Of a DNA stretch of 64,000 nt, positions 63,758 through 64,000 are shown piece by piece. The position numbers were made by a program, and so were the translations under genes. The stretch spans positions 21,080,001-21,144,000 of the forward strand of contig OZ024757.1 in the NCBI GenBank assembly GCA_964016885.1, given 5' to 3'. The notes beneath the pieces are model-generated. The model was not told where the DNA came from. It did not search any database and was given only the letters and a program-made list of their open reading frames with translations. How positions within the stretch are numbered: position 1 is the stretch's first letter; each line of letters opens with the position of its first letter. This DNA is from Eledone cirrhosa. Taxonomy: Eukaryota.

Positions 63758-64000
63758 ATATACACATATATATATGTAAACTGTTTGGAGGTTCATTGGA
63801 TCGACTGTACCTGTAATTCAATGGGTCAGTTTTGTCACACATTGTGTCATGCTGAATCTCCCTGAGAATTACATCAATGGCATATGTGTCAATGCAATAC
63901 TCAGCCACATACACAAATTTCATGAGGAGGATGCTTTGGTTGATCAAACAACTGGAACACTAATCGTAGAAACTGACTGAGGACCATCGAAATAAATATG

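Overview
Eukaryotic, animal, repeat-saturated intronic or intergenic DNA. The repeat repertoire suggests a coleoid cephalopod such as Octopus (inference only): tRNA-derived CORE-like and Meta-like SINEs, RTE-clade LINEs with (ATG)n tails, and extreme (TA)n/(CA)n/(CAC)n loads. No host protein gene, rRNA, true tRNA or CRISPR array is supportable, and almost all ORF-track entries are microsatellite or minisatellite artefacts. Real coding remnants are all transposon-derived: a 5'-truncated but uninterrupted RTE LINE ORF (RT plus 3 C2H2 fingers, 42983-44779), several RTE fragments, a CRE-type restriction-like endonuclease end and a mariner transposase N-terminus. The most notable hidden structure is a set of at least 6 well-formed type I hammerhead ribozyme motifs from several unrelated families, often inside fold-back palindromes in TA tracts (Penelope-like/retrozyme signature). 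Other notable structure: twin-priming-like inversions in RTE elements, bipartite non-autonomous RTE derivatives, modular SINE/LINE tail swapping, several satellites visibly born from retroelement segments, and a 6-kb 50-bp satellite dense in splice-donor-like CAGGTGAG motifs.
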